Below, in pieces: positions 38,410 to 50,989 of a stretch of DNA of 64,000 bases (position 1 is the first letter of the stretch; each line of letters begins with the position of its first letter). A program made the position numbers and the translations under genes. The stretch comes from Paraphysomonas bandaiensis (lineage: Eukaryota; Protista; Chrysophyceae). The notes beneath the pieces are model-generated. The model was not told the origin of the DNA. It ran no database searches and saw only the letters and a list, made by a program, of their open reading frames with translations. The stretch covers positions 248,001-312,000 of the forward strand of contig CBFFRP010000150.1 of the NCBI GenBank assembly GCA_965644295.1, written 5' to 3'.

Positions 38410-40043
38410 ATGTTATCGAATATATCCTCGAAAATTCAGTATATGCGACCAGCGTGTCGTCGTATGTTTGCTCTTGATGCCTCTGTGATGGCTCCTGTTA
38501 GTCAAGAGATTCATCCTACTGTACCTCCTCAACCAAAGATCGAGGAAAAATTGTTATCAAATGGAACCAAAGTGGTGACTCGTGATGCTAGAGTGGAGGT
38601 ATGACTGTATATATATTATGATATGATAGGTTTATATATATATATATGTGTATAGAATGTTACCATTAAAGTTGCTGTCAACTGTGGTAGCAGACATGAG
38701 CTCGCACATGAGAAGGGAGCTGCACATTTATTATCTGTAGCTGCATTTGCTGGAACACAAAATAAACATGGCCTGAGCCTTATGAGAGAAATAGAAAATC
38801 ATGGATTTTCTGTCGGTGTGTCCGCAGACCGCGAGAAGGTTTTGTTGTCGATTACCAAAAATGTACCCTATTGATTGTATTCTTGCTTCTAGACTGTGTA
38901 CAGTATTAAGTCTGTACCTGAGTTTGCCTCTGATGCCGCTGCTATCCTCACAGAAGTTATTACATCCCCTCCTAAACATACGTACCATGTATAAGTTATA
39001 GATGTAGGTCGGACTTTCCTAATGTTTTCTCACAGATCAAGGAGCGCATTCCTACTGCTCTATATGATTATGAGCTCAGAAAGTCCTCACCTCGAGTAGC
39101 TCTCACCGAGGTATATATTGTTTAGCTATTCATTCCGTTTTTCTCTCTCATATGCCTGTAGATGCTATACGAGGCTGCCTACGGTGAGGGTACCCCGATG
39201 GGCTCCTCATGCTATGCCACCAACATTTCCAGCCTAAGTATGGATGACGTTATGGCTTTCCGAAACCGCCACTTCAACGCTTCCAATATGACAATAACAG
39301 CGGATGGACTCTCATTGCAGGAACTTGAGTTGATCGGATTTTCACTAGGAGTGGAAGGAAGCAAGTCGTCTGCGGACTCGTCGTACGTTGGAGGTGTTGT
39401 ACGTCGCGCTGCAGACTTCAATGGCGAGATTCATGCCTCTTTGGCGTTTCCCGCTGCTACTGGAGCTAAAGGTATTTTCTGTAGCATATATTTTTTTCAT
39501 GTGTGCTTATATTTATCGCAGGCAAGGCTTTTGCTGTTCTTCAAACAATTCTTGAGTCCCGCCTATCTGCAAAAACAGTGGGTCAGGGCAAGGGCTGCTG
39601 GAAATCTTTCCACGTTCAAAACTCCGATAGCGGTCTAGTGGGGTGCTATATGGCGACCACCACAAAACAACATACAGAGGACCTATTGGCGCTTACAATC
39701 AATGAGTTAAAGGAGATTGCCACGAAGGTAGATGCCACTGCCGCGAAAAACAAGGTATGTTATTTATATGTTTAGAACACAGTGTTCACTGATATTGTAT
39801 TGTATTCAGCTGTCTTTGAGAAATGCCTGCGCTTTGGAAGGTGGTGACAGCGCAGCTTCTCTTCTTCTTTCTGCTACGTATCAGGGTATGCCTGTGTCTC
39901 AGTTCATAAACTTCTCATCTGTCACGAACGAAGAAGTGTCTGCAGCGGCAGCGGCGGTTCTTAAATCGACCCCTGCTTACGCTGTGCTTGGGAATACGTT
40001 TGGAGTACAGCCGTACGACGCCGTTCGCAATATGCTTCATTAA
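38410..40043 (+). CDS. Inactive M16 family protein: cytochrome bc1 core protein 2 / MPP-alpha-like, multi-exon
   Basis: Transit peptide, LSNGTKVVT, GSRHE..GAAHLLSVAAF (HxxEH lost), FRNRHFNASNM, SYVGG, SDSGLVG, PAYAVLG..PYD. Confidence 0.82.
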
Positions 40044-40429
40044 ACTATTGGTTGAGTAGTTTAAAATGTATGGGTGCATGGTTCTCCAGTGAACTGCGTT
40101 ATGGTCGTATTAGCCAGCTTTTTTTCTGGGTTTAATCATTAAGGAAACATCAGCAAATCATATTTTAAATTATTTTGTTAACTCTGTATTATAGCACCAA
40201 CACAACACCAGGCCTTGGAAAGTGTTCTTGTTGGTGGACCATGTGAATGGCACTCCGCACTCCATATTGCCATATTGGACACTGAATGCATTATATATAG
40301 AATTTTTCTACTTGCATGGTAAAATTTGTTTAGCAGATAGCTAGGCACTATAGTAGAAATGAAATTACATCGTATGACGAGTGTATAAAAGGGACTAATA
40401 TACATAGCAGCATGTCACTTGATTTCAAT

Positions 40430-40596
40430 AAACAATACACCTCCGAATAGTAGTAATTTACTATATATAGTAATTAGTTGTATATTATTTCAATATATTG
40501 CGAGGCCAAATTTTGCTAGAATATATATTGTAGCAAGCAAATATAAATAATTGCAATATATTGAAATCCAATATATTTTATATTTGTCTGACCCTG
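40430..40596 (-). mobile_element. Partial hAT-like MITE copy related to 41896-42245
   Basis: Ends in GACCCTG (CAGGGTC on the minus strand); shares AATATATTGCGAGGCCAAATTTTG with the reverse complement of 41987-42015. Confidence 0.6.
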
Positions 40597-40639
40597 TGAA
40601 CCAGCATCCAACATAGAACATAGACTTTGTGCTTCTGTA

Positions 40640-41047
40640 CTCTGTACGTTTTCGCACCTCTTCGTTGTGTTCTGAGTATGAGTACCGGATATTTCTCCGG
40701 GAAACTAACGTGAGCCGCATATACAGTCAGCAGAAAACGTTCTGGCCAATCATAAAGCCAAATGCTTGTGTGGCACAAGACGTCTCTGGGTCCTGACGAA
40801 AAAACAAGAATCTGGGAATTGGGAATGGATCCACCTCAAGGGTATCCAAGGTATTAGGATGCCTACTGAAGTCAGTCATCCGGGATGTTTCACCTTAAGG
40901 GCAGAGATAAAAAGTGGTTGCACCTTGGTGCTTGCGGTAACGCACAAGCAGCTTTCTTTTAGCGCAAAATTATAGTTAGTCAAAATGTTTTGCTACAATT
41001 GTTCTGACTCTTACACGCCTATATATTGTCAATAATCAGACATTCAC
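40640..41047 (+). mobile_element. Family-2 repeat copy with shared tail (motif copy F at 40909-40960)
   Basis: Homologous to the reverse complements of 10009-10135 and 8731-9030; ends AATAATCAGACATTCA. Confidence 0.65.
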
Positions 41048-41102
41048 TAAATACTAGACTTTGTAAATTCGGCAGCAAGATTCTAACTACTATAAAAGTT
41101 GT

Positions 41103-41138
41103 GCAGAAGGTAAAAGCAGAAGGTAAAAGCAGAAGGTA
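41103..41138. repeat. 13-bp tandem repeat GCAGAAGGTAAAA, about 2.8 copies
   Basis: Direct inspection. Confidence 0.85.
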
Positions 41139-41294
41139 GTCCTAGCTTGCCAGCGTAGTGAGTTTGGCTTTTTGGGTATCAAGTGATCAAGTACTACGCA
41201 TGTGTAATGAATAATACTTACATATGTCCGGTTTAAATTATTGATGTGACGCTATATCTAACAATCAGGGCAAGGTAAAAATATATTGGAACAA

Positions 41295-41440
41295 GGGATG
41301 GTTGCACCAAGGTGCTTATACAGCAATGCACAAGCAGTCCCGAGACAACCGAGTATTTAGCAACTCTGCTACCACTAGTCTAAAGTCGTCGTAGATAGCT
41401 AAACATAGTAGTTCTCTCATGTAATAATCAGATCTTTATA
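41295..41440 (+). mobile_element. Divergent tail subfamily with motif copy G (41295-41341); inverted end fragment at ~41665-41698
   Basis: GGGA..TCCC stem with CAAG and GCAA loops; ends TCTCATGTAATAATCAGA; reverse-complement end at 41672-41696. Confidence 0.55.
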
Positions 41441-41895
41441 TAAATATATTGGATTGCAATATATATATTGCAATATGAATATTGCAATTACTTCGGTTTG
41501 CTTGCTACAACATATATATATACATTTATTATTACTTTTGTTAGATAACGACATAATTAGTAGTTGAACTTAGTAAGAGAGTTTAGATAAAACTGACTGT
41601 AAGCTGAAAATTATAAATTATATGAGATATCATTCTTCATTCATTATCATTCACTATAACTAATTCTATAGAAATGTCTGACTATTACATGAGAACGGTT
41701 GTATCTAGAATTTGTAATGTAGCTATGGACTTAATAACATGAGTTATAATACGGCTATAAATAACGGTTATAATTCAAATATCTTACAAACTACAGCTTT
41801 AAATTGCTCACAAACAGCAAAACTCAACAATTTTAGCAAAATTTGGCCTTGAAATATTATATTCCAATATATTTATATATAATGCTCATGCTTGT

Positions 41896-42245
41896 CAGGG
41901 CCAGTCAACAATATATTGGCTTGCAATATAATATTGCAATATTGCAGTAATCTATTTTTGCATGCTACAATATGTTGATTACCATTTTAACAAAATTTGG
42001 CCTCGCAATATATTGTATATATATTGCAATAATATATTGATATATATTTACAAACTAGTTACTACCGATCGAGCTCATTTTTTCTTCTCAGTGCCCGATA
42101 TATAATATATATATATTAATATGTTGCAATCTACTATATAATATATTTATCAATATGTTGCAATTGATTGAAACATATTAATTTAATAATTATTATTATT
42201 TTATTTTTTTGCTGGCAACATATTTTTTATTGTTGACTGGCCCTG
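41896..42245. mobile_element. hAT-like MITE, 350 bp
   Basis: Perfect 18-bp TIR CAGGGCCAGTCAACAATA / TATTGTTGACTGGCCCTG; flanks ATGCTTGT and ATGTTTCT (6/8 match, decayed 8-bp TSD); AT-rich interior with TTGCAA repeats. Confidence 0.85.
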
Positions 42246-42555
42246 ATGTTTCTGTGACTTAGAAAATAGATTTGATATGTTGTTCTCTAACCTAAAAGCT
42301 TTTAACTACAGCAATGAATTGTTCGAATTTAGAAAAACTCAAATTGTAAATACAGCAAATAGGTCACAGTAAGAAGCCCCTAATTACACACACAGATAAT
42401 GAATTAAGGATGTGTTAATTAAGAAACTATTTCTTAAGCTAACTAATCATATGATATCCAGAGCACGAATAACACAACACTGATCGAGGTTTACATAAAG
42501 TACACAACATCACAAACACTGTCACAACATAAAAACACACCTACGTAACTTATTT

Positions 42556-44406
42556 TCATCGTTTAGGGTTTGGAAGAACTGTAATGAGTGGCAGAACAGC
42601 ACTTCCATTCTTCCCGTGGCGAGAATCCAACTTAGGTGTCAAAACTATATCATCACTATCAGTTTTCACACTGTGATTTTGGAAAGATCCTGGCCTATGC
42701 GGTCGTCGAGACATGCTATCTACTTGAGAAGCATGCAGGTCATCATCTGTGTTAGTTTTATACTCATCCAGTGGGCGAATACTGGTTAGAACAGCTGACC
42801 GGTCAGTATCAATGTTATCTTTAAGCACAACCTCTCTCCAAGAGTCCCGTGTGGTGGGAATTGGTGATACATGCTCTTTATCTCTAGTAGATGCTAATGG
42901 AGATCGGTGATCGATGTCGTCCATATCTCTAACTCGTCGTACATCCAGACGCCGATTTGGAATCGCGCAGTAATTGCGAATTCTGTGCTGTTGCTCCTTT
43001 TGCGCCTTTTCCCAACGAACCTCCAGCTTCGGGACGACAACGTGTACGACTGATTGCTTCACTGGTCTAGACGTCCGACGGTTGGGTTGCTTCGGCGGGA
43101 GGATCTTGACCCCATCTGGATATTTGTAGCTATTCAGAATATTGTGCGTATTATCAGTTATATAAACTGAAGAAGTAATACTTTCCCTCACAAAGTCATT
43201 TTCCGTACCAGCTGTAGGCGACATCAGAGTAAATGTATTTGCCAGACCGTCGGAGAGTGTATCTTTAGGCACTCCCAAATCTGGATGTATGGAGAGGCTG
43301 TCCGCAACAGATGACTCATCGCATGTGCTAACATGGCAAGGGGCAGGAGCAGGTATCCTCATATCTATCTGCCGACAGAGAGATGAGATGTGTGGCTGAG
43401 AGGTCGACGCACTAAGTTCACCATCAATGGTCACCACCGAATTGTTCTCCACAACAGTAACATTTCTTGGGGGGATGACTGTGTTGTCATACGACGCCTC
43501 GCGAGATAACTTCCTCACGGAATTGCCAACAATTACAAATCCAGTGTCGTCATCTTCCTGAGGCTGATGGCTATTGACAATATCTATAGTACTGGTGTTG
43601 GGCGTTCCTGGCCTGGTCCTGGCTGCTATTGACCCCTGATTTGAGGCAACATTTTCTCTACTATCACTTCTCGACAGGGGAGCACCAGACACACTTTGGG
43701 TAGTCACCGAAGGGTGGATCTTGGGCGCCCGCATCTCGCCAGTGTCCTCGTATATCGCCTCGCCTCCTTCCTGAGTTCCTGCAACAACTCCTGCACGCGG
43801 ACTAAGCGCATAGTCGACTCGACTCCTTGAACCAGTGGAATAATCTGGAGTAGATGCAGGTATACTGAGAAGACTACGATGGGCGTCTAGGTAGCCCTCC
43901 ACTAGGCGCACGGATTCAGCAGATAATGACTCGTCGCTAACATTAGGGAAGCGGATACGATGTGAAGGATCTTCTTCATCCATCTCACTAATACTGTGTA
44001 CACTTACTTGTTGGCTGCGGTTATGTGGTCCACTAAAAGGCCGCTCAGACATGCTTTCGGTACATAGATTTCCATGAGTAAAACTTGAGAATATTGTAGT
44101 TTCATCATCAGCTGCAACTTGTGGCATATATACAGGTGGTGTAGAGATCCTCTTACTATACCCTCGTATCCAACTGCCATCAGACGATACGATATCTCCT
44201 AATAGAGTTGTCTTCACAGATGTACGTGAAGGAGATTTCTCTAATCCTTGTGTTTGAAAGAGTGTTTTAACAGTTAAAGGATCATATGTTTTAGCTTTAG
44301 TGTTGGATGTGATCACCGTATCGGATCTCTGTGCATCATGTGGTTTAATAGGGATCCTCTTCTTACGAGGAACACTTCTCCATTCTCTATCCATGTATTG
44401 AGGCAT
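42556..44406 (-). CDS. Hypothetical 616-aa S/T/D/P-rich, probably disordered protein, single exon
   Basis: Long intact ORF with coding-like composition; no recognisable domain. Confidence 0.7.
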   Translation of the reverse strand: MPQYMDREWRSVPRKKRIPIKPHDAQRSDTVITSNTKAKTYDPLTVKTLFQTQGLEKSPSRTSVKTTLLGDIVSSDGSWIRGYSKRISTPPVYMPQVAADDETTIFSSFTHGNLCTESMSERPFSGPHNRSQQVSVHSISEMDEEDPSHRIRFPNVSDESLSAESVRLVEGYLDAHRSLLSIPASTPDYSTGSRSRVDYALSPRAGVVAGTQEGGEAIYEDTGEMRAPKIHPSVTTQSVSGAPLSRSDSRENVASNQGSIAARTRPGTPNTSTIDIVNSHQPQEDDDTGFVIVGNSVRKLSREASYDNTVIPPRNVTVVENNSVVTIDGELSASTSQPHISSLCRQIDMRIPAPAPCHVSTCDESSVADSLSIHPDLGVPKDTLSDGLANTFTLMSPTAGTENDFVRESITSSVYITDNTHNILNSYKYPDGVKILPPKQPNRRTSRPVKQSVVHVVVPKLEVRWEKAQKEQQHRIRNYCAIPNRRLDVRRVRDMDDIDHRSPLASTRDKEHVSPIPTTRDSWREVVLKDNIDTDRSAVLTSIRPLDEYKTNTDDDLHASQVDSMSRRPHRPGSFQNHSVKTDSDDIVLTPKLDSRHGKNGSAVLPLITVLPNPKR

Positions 44407-46479
44407 GGTAATGAATGATAGATTTATAAAATTGTGTTAGTTAATGAATACATGTGTATATAGTGAGGTTCGAGATAGAATTCTATTTAATGAAGGTGTT
44501 CATAGTGTATATATGTATATATATATATGGACGTATACAGCTACTGTGACTATGGTATATAACGGAGACTGTCCATACGTACACACGTACATACGTACAT
44601 ACGTACATAGCATCTAGTATACATATACGTGGTATGTATGTATTGGGGATACCAGAGTACGCATATGTCACCTGCTGGAGGGGAAGGACCATACTGTCAT
44701 ACGAACACCCACACACGACTACATGTACACACTACATGTACGTAACATATGGATATATGCGTACTACCAGAGTAGTCTGGTATACACTGTTACATGAGTG
44801 TGTCCATTCTTGTGGACATCACACTATCATGCAATGCATGCATAAGATACTGCATACTTACAGTTAAAATTTGTAACATCATGATAGATGACTTGTGTTT
44901 GGTAGTGCAACGATATATTCTAAATTATTCAACGAATGGTGACGTAAATCGCTGTGTAACTCGACCAGAATAATCAGTGATATTAACGGTTTCTGTGTAT
45001 GACCCTTCTTATCGATGAGAGATATTCTCCTAAAGTTAGTTTCATGTAGGGTATTCGTGATGAAAACTATACATAGAGGGACGGTGAAAGGTACAGTAGT
45101 TCGGCTTGAAGCTTTCGTAGTAATACTTGATCATATACTATTTCTTCCCAGCGATCTTGTACATCACTAATTTCATTGCGACCTTAACTGACGGAATAAG
45201 TGGAAGAGCATATTCAATTTATGATTAACGCTTTAAGAGTTATTTCATCAACTTTTATGTGAAAGAAGCATAGATGAATATGCCATGTCATCTGTTTACT
45301 TCGAGCACTAAAAATAGCTGCTATATCTCCTGTGAAAAAAAACCTAATAAAACAGTCTATTAGCAGTATTGGTCTATGCCATAACCGTAGAGCTAAAGAA
45401 TGGATTCATGTATTTCTAAACATTTACATTTGCATGCAGACTTGCATATGACTATGACATATGACACAGCCTTTTCTATACTCATATACTACACCATACC
45501 AAAGCCAATAATCTTGGCATCTGTATCATGGGATAAAAAAATATTGGAAGAGAAGTACCGTCCTTGTCCAAATGTTTGACCACGAGACGAAATATAGACT
45601 TCATGTGACCCGTAATCATGTAATTATATTCATTGGTGGTACACAAAATATAACACCGCTATTTTGCACTGAATCTACGCAGTCACACACCCGCCCAGCT
45701 GTTTACCAACTTAGCTGATCTTATAGATAGAATGCGCGATTTTTATAACTATTCATGACTTAAGTTTAAAGCCGTACATATTTAGCAAAGCCATGTACAC
45801 CTTCCCATTCCCTAACAACTAAGATACAAACATTTTGTCGAGCTTCTCGTGACCATATATGACTCATATAGGTCTAGGATATCATTGACTGAGACCCCTC
45901 ATCCTTTAAAATGTGCGTGGTCACTCATGATTACGTATGAACGATGCAAGTATGGTGTAGAATTCTGAAGCTTGCCTATTGCGACACTCCAAGAATAGCC
46001 GATATTTTATTAAAATCTATGCATACTTAGTTTTTAGTTTAATCAACACTGTCACTTTACGAGGGCATGATAGCATACTCTCGGAATGGAGCATATAGCA
46101 ATTCAGAAATTATATAGTAGCTTTATAGAAAAACAGTTAAGGGTGGAGTGAGCTTTTTCATTAGAAGTGTGAAAGTGTCCTAGAAGTGTGCTGTATATAA
46201 GCGAAGATCTAGCCTTTAAGTCAAAATTTACTTGACAACAACTGAGCAATCAGTCCTATCTTGTTTACTTTAACCTCTCTGAACAAGATCTAATCAACAT
46301 TGCAGCAGTAGTAGTGTTGACAAAGACCTTAGCTAGTACCACAATGTACCACCTAGCTGCGCTGCTATCTAATCAACTTCGAGTTACGTAGATATACGCA
46401 TAGTACTTTAAACCACCATAAATAAATATATATAGTTGACTATGATAGGATTATTAGTTACACAAGGGTGGCTTTGTGA

Positions 46480-46952
46480 TTACGCAACAGAGATTCCTGG
46501 AAGATCCTTGAAATCCATGGCCTCAAGCATATCACGAGTATCACTGTCAATAATAATGACGTCCTGCTCAATAGCGGATTTCTGTATCGATATACACATG
46601 TTAATACAAACAATTTGTATGATTGAACTCAACATGACTCTTACCTCAGGGACAAAGTCGAGACGTCTCTCTCTCTCCTCCTCCTGCAACTTAAGAGAAA
46701 TTCCTCTAACGGGACCTCTCTGAATTCGCTTCATGAGATGAGTGATGAATCCTGCAATCTTATTTCTCATTCTCTTGGAAGGAACGACAGCCACCTCGCC
46801 AACAACTCTCTTATTGACATGGAAATCCAGAGTAAGACGAGAATAGTATTTCTCGATAATAACTCTGGAAGATTTCTTAACTGTCTTTGTACGCACACCC
46901 TACAGATAAAAATAAGCATCATCATGAGGGATATATAAGACATATATACCAT
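46480..46952 (-). CDS. RPS17: 40S ribosomal protein S17 (eS17), 3 exons (ATG only; 46899-46645; 46581-46480)
   Basis: [65 protein letters not shown]. Confidence 0.97.
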
Positions 46953-47158
46953 TATGAAGAACTATGTAAGCCACTTGTGTATGCTAATATGATCTCATAT
47001 GAAATATACATACATAACTATCATCTCAACTCTCTTTCCATCAACAAAAATGTGACTGGTGGAACCGCATGTAATTCGTATCTTGAAACGTTTTCAGTTT
47101 CAGTAATCCTACATATGTATATCCTACGTAGATAACAATACACGACACAAACTGGGGG

Positions 47159-47302
47159 TGGTTGCGCATATGGATTTATTTCATTGAAAAATCATCGTTT
47201 TTTCAGTGAAAAGTGAAAAAAAGTGACTTTTTAATGAAAAAACGATGACTTTTCAATGAAATACATGATGAAACAAATCAATAAAATCGACATGCACAAC
47301 CA
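47159..47302. mobile_element. Foldback/MITE-like palindromic element
   Basis: Outer inverted repeat TGGTTGCGCAT/ATGCACAACCA; inner 29-bp inverted repeat 47177-47205 vs 47235-47263 (28/29 match). Confidence 0.75.
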
Positions 47303-47459
47303 TACCATATACTATACATACGTATAGCAACAGGTTGGGGATGTGCTGTACATAACCATAACTAGCTATTAACCATATCCCACATAACTCATACAAATAA
47401 TTCTATTTATTGAATATATTTAATTAATTCTTGTCTCTAAATCAAACCCTATTCTAATC

Positions 47460-48212
47460 ATGTCTAAATTGGTTCTTATATGTATGAGTAGTTTGATTGT
47501 TCAAGCGGCTGCATTGCTATGTGACAATCTCTCTCTATCTGATGACCTTCCTTGCACTGAAGTCCCTCGTTGTAATGGTCAACAATATGCTCATATTACT
47601 GTTGATCAACTATCTAATGGATACGGTGACTCGAAGTCTTATTCGGATATATCTTTATGTTTTGATGACGATAGATTATATGTGAACCATGTTGCCCACA
47701 AGCAGGTATTCTTAACTCCCACGAGTTACACCCAGTGCAATGATCCTGTCTTCAATTCTAATGTCGGTGAGTTTTTCGTTGCTCCGTATATGGAATCAGA
47801 GCCCCATTGTTACAATGAGCTGGATATCTCTCCATTTAATGTCATGTTTGACGCTGGAATATACAATCCTAACTTGAATCGTTCTGGTATTGTGGGTTCA
47901 GAATTTGAATGCTCATCAAGCGGAATTACTAACTCCGTTGTACAAGACAGTGAGAATGAGACCTGGAGTGCGTCCATGTCGTTCCCTTTTTCTCTATTGA
48001 ATTGTCCCTTCAACTGCCCCTTGAAACAATACTGTGGGCATTCCACTCCAAACAATATCTACAGAGCAAATTTTTTCCGCATCAATGAGCTTGTGGAAAC
48101 AGCTTCCTGCACTTCATCGACATGTGAATATATGGCTTGGAGCCCAACTATGGTCGATCCCCCAGCTTTTCATGAACCCACTAAGTTCGGGTACCTTTTA
48201 TTGCAGCTTTAA
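47460..48212 (+). CDS. Secreted CBM9-like/DOMON-like carbohydrate-binding protein, 250 aa, intronless
   Basis: Signal peptide; GEFFVAP..YNELDISPFN, YRANFFRI, WSPT..PPAFHEPTKFGYLLL. Confidence 0.78.
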   Translation: MSKLVLICMSSLIVQAAALLCDNLSLSDDLPCTEVPRCNGQQYAHITVDQLSNGYGDSKSYSDISLCFDDDRLYVNHVAHKQVFLTPTSYTQCNDPVFNSNVGEFFVAPYMESEPHCYNELDISPFNVMFDAGIYNPNLNRSGIVGSEFECSSSGITNSVVQDSENETWSASMSFPFSLLNCPFNCPLKQYCGHSTPNNIYRANFFRINELVETASCTSSTCEYMAWSPTMVDPPAFHEPTKFGYLLLQL

Positions 48213-48927
48213 GTACATATGTGTTTCAGCTATGAATGGTGTTAAATTGCAATGTATATGGAACCTTTATGTGGATAAGAAATTTAAAGAGCTAATAACT
48301 AATAAAGCCAATATGTGATCTTGTTTATTTACTTGTACCATGTACGCATCCACACCCATTATGAATACATGAATACCATCGTGAACATATACGTAGAGCG
48401 TAGAGGAATATTCCTAGCACTCCTATATATATCGTACTTATCACTCCACTGTCGGCCACACAATATTCTAGTGCAATGTAATAATCAGATATTTCCTAGA
48501 CAATGAAAAATACCTGAAATGCAACTGTCTGTTTACTATTTATTCGTTATCCTTGTTCATCTGAATGTTCCTATGTCTTGTGTCATTTATTATCTCATTA
48601 AGCCCTATTTTACTGTTCACAATTACGCTATTTAAATGATATGAATATGCTATGGCCTATTCTGTTCCTAATGTATATACGTATATAGTATATACCATGA
48701 TACCTGGAGTTCGTGTCCACTGTACTAATTGTAATACCTGACTAAAACGTATGAAAGAATATCTCACACAAAGACGATTTTACTTTGCATTACGTATAAC
48801 CATGCGTAATAGATAATAGAAGTCTGCGATATGCAATATTCACCATATCAATGTACTGTAGAGCAACGAATAATAAGACACAGTTCAATCAACAATAGAA
48901 TTTTGAAATACAAGGGTGAATGTGGGC

Positions 48928-50289
48928 TTATGGATTGGATACTACTTTGCACTGCACAGCTACTACTCTGCAAGTGGTCGCGGCACCATTGGGCATAGCA
49001 TCAGATACAACAACTCGGGTTTTGCCCATACCAAAACGGTGACATATAAGGCCCCATAACGAATTTGTAGTATAGCACAAATAAAGCCAGTCACTGTACC
49101 AATCTTCTCGCACACTCTTCTGTTGCACCAGAAGCATTAGGTTGTAGAAGCCCTGAAAAGCGATGGTTATCACGAAAATAAAAAGGCACTGGCGATTTAC
49201 TACATGCGGAAATAGCTCACCTGCATGCGTAATAGCAGAATCCCTACGGCAATTAGTTCACTAGGCGGGACGGAACTAGTGGAGCAAAATTGCCATACTC
49301 GGGCGATTGTCATAAACAGAAAAGAGAACTGTATTAAAAAATGACCACAATATATGACAAAAAGAAGCGAGACATTCAACAGAGGTGTGATACTGTAGGC
49401 AAAATGTAAACAACGAAATATATACTTATACCATAAGTCTGCCCATACCATATACACCACTGGGTAGTACATTAACTTATTGGCCATGAGGCGTAGACTG
49501 CCACTTCTTGTAGTAAACTCAGTCTCGGTGTGTAGTGAGGGGTCAACAACAGGAAGAGCTGGTTCACTGCAGTCAGTGTCAATAGTTGATGTACTTGGCT
49601 TCATCGGGCCATTTTGGACGTCACTGGCCAATAAAAGTAGCTGCAGGTACATCAATTATTATTAAGTACAAGATATCACAAACTTACTCTGTACCGCACT
49701 ACCAAGTACGAAAGCAGTATGTATACAAACATAACCCACGCAAGGCCGTAATAAAGTGCGAGCCTCTCCACGCTTCCAGATGTTTTCGCATCTGAAATCC
49801 AGCACCACCCCTCATTTACTTTGTCATAGTCCCCTATATCACTATCAATGACATTTTAGAAAGTTAGAGAGTACTAGCACCAGTAAAAAAAGGTATCAAT
49901 CCAGCTGGTACCGATATTGACCACACGAAGAGGTGATATCTGTAAATATCGCCTTCTGGTTTATACTGAGTTATAGACTTATCAGCAATGGACATCCTGA
50001 GTAATATATAGCTTATAACAACAGCCCATAGCAGGCCGGAGGATCCAAAAAATTGAATTGCAAATGCTTGTAGTAAGCAAGACCATTCCTGATGTGCAGG
50101 TAGTGCAACAACACCTAAGCTATCTAGACAAGCACAAGTTGTTTGAATGACAATTAATTGTCGAGACAATGAACGTTGCCAATGTGGATATCGATAATAA
50201 CTTATCAAAACTACAGTACCTGCCAAGCCTCCTATACAAGAGCCCACATAGCTGGCTATGAATACAGCTGTAGGACTTTGTAACGACAT
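48928..50289 (-). CDS. cAMP-receptor-like (CAR/GCR1-type) 7TM GPCR, 5 exons
   Basis: CLLQAFAIQFFG, YHLFVWSI, GWCWIS, LMYYPVVYMFSFLFMTIARVWQF, QGFYN; introns 49880-49834, 49687-49641, 49448-49329 and ~49220-49153. Confidence 0.8.
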
Positions 50290-50989
50290 GACACTATATA
50301 TTAACAAACTCGTGATGTCATCATACTGATTCACAGATCATCAAGATATATTACCACTCAATGTGTGTGGATATAATCTACTAGAGGATGTTAACTTGGA
50401 GCTTAAAGGGACTGCTTGTGGGCTAGAAGACATGCATATGATCGACATCGTCAGGCGGTAGATGGGAGGAGTGTGGGAAAATCATTATACATAACTTTCC
50501 ATGTGAAAAATCACCGATATTTGCTATTTTGAAGACAAAAAACTATAATATACTATAAAAATAAGTAAAATATTGTCAGTCTAGTTCCTACAAAAACGGA
50601 AATTTGAAACCGCACTTCTAGACCTGGAGTTGTTCCATGTCCGTTTTATTCGGTATAGTACGGTATATTACGGTATTCTTTAAAAATGAAATATAGCCAC
50701 ACAGCAACTGTTCTGACGGCTGGCATGGAATAAGAGAATCATAGTGTGAAGGGTATACTGTGTACGTATGTGCTGTATATTAGGCATGATGTACGCATAG
50801 TTGTTATGTATGTATATGTATGTATAGCAGTATACCATATATGTATAGCTGTATGTATATGTATGTACTGTATGTATGTATATGTAAAGCATCACCATCC
50901 CACATATGCTCCATTCCAAACCGACCATATAGATCCAATACCTCTTATAGTAGGATACCATTCATTAGTTTACATAAATCTGCATTAGA

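Noticed and set aside
44870-46430. 1.5-kb unassigned region (similar gaps at 16500-17200 and 36050-36800)
   Set aside because: No convincing ORF, RNA gene or repeat recognisable without a search.
48928-50334. Fragmented GPCR pseudogene
   Set aside because: GT-AG introns join the fragments into one intact 7TM frame.
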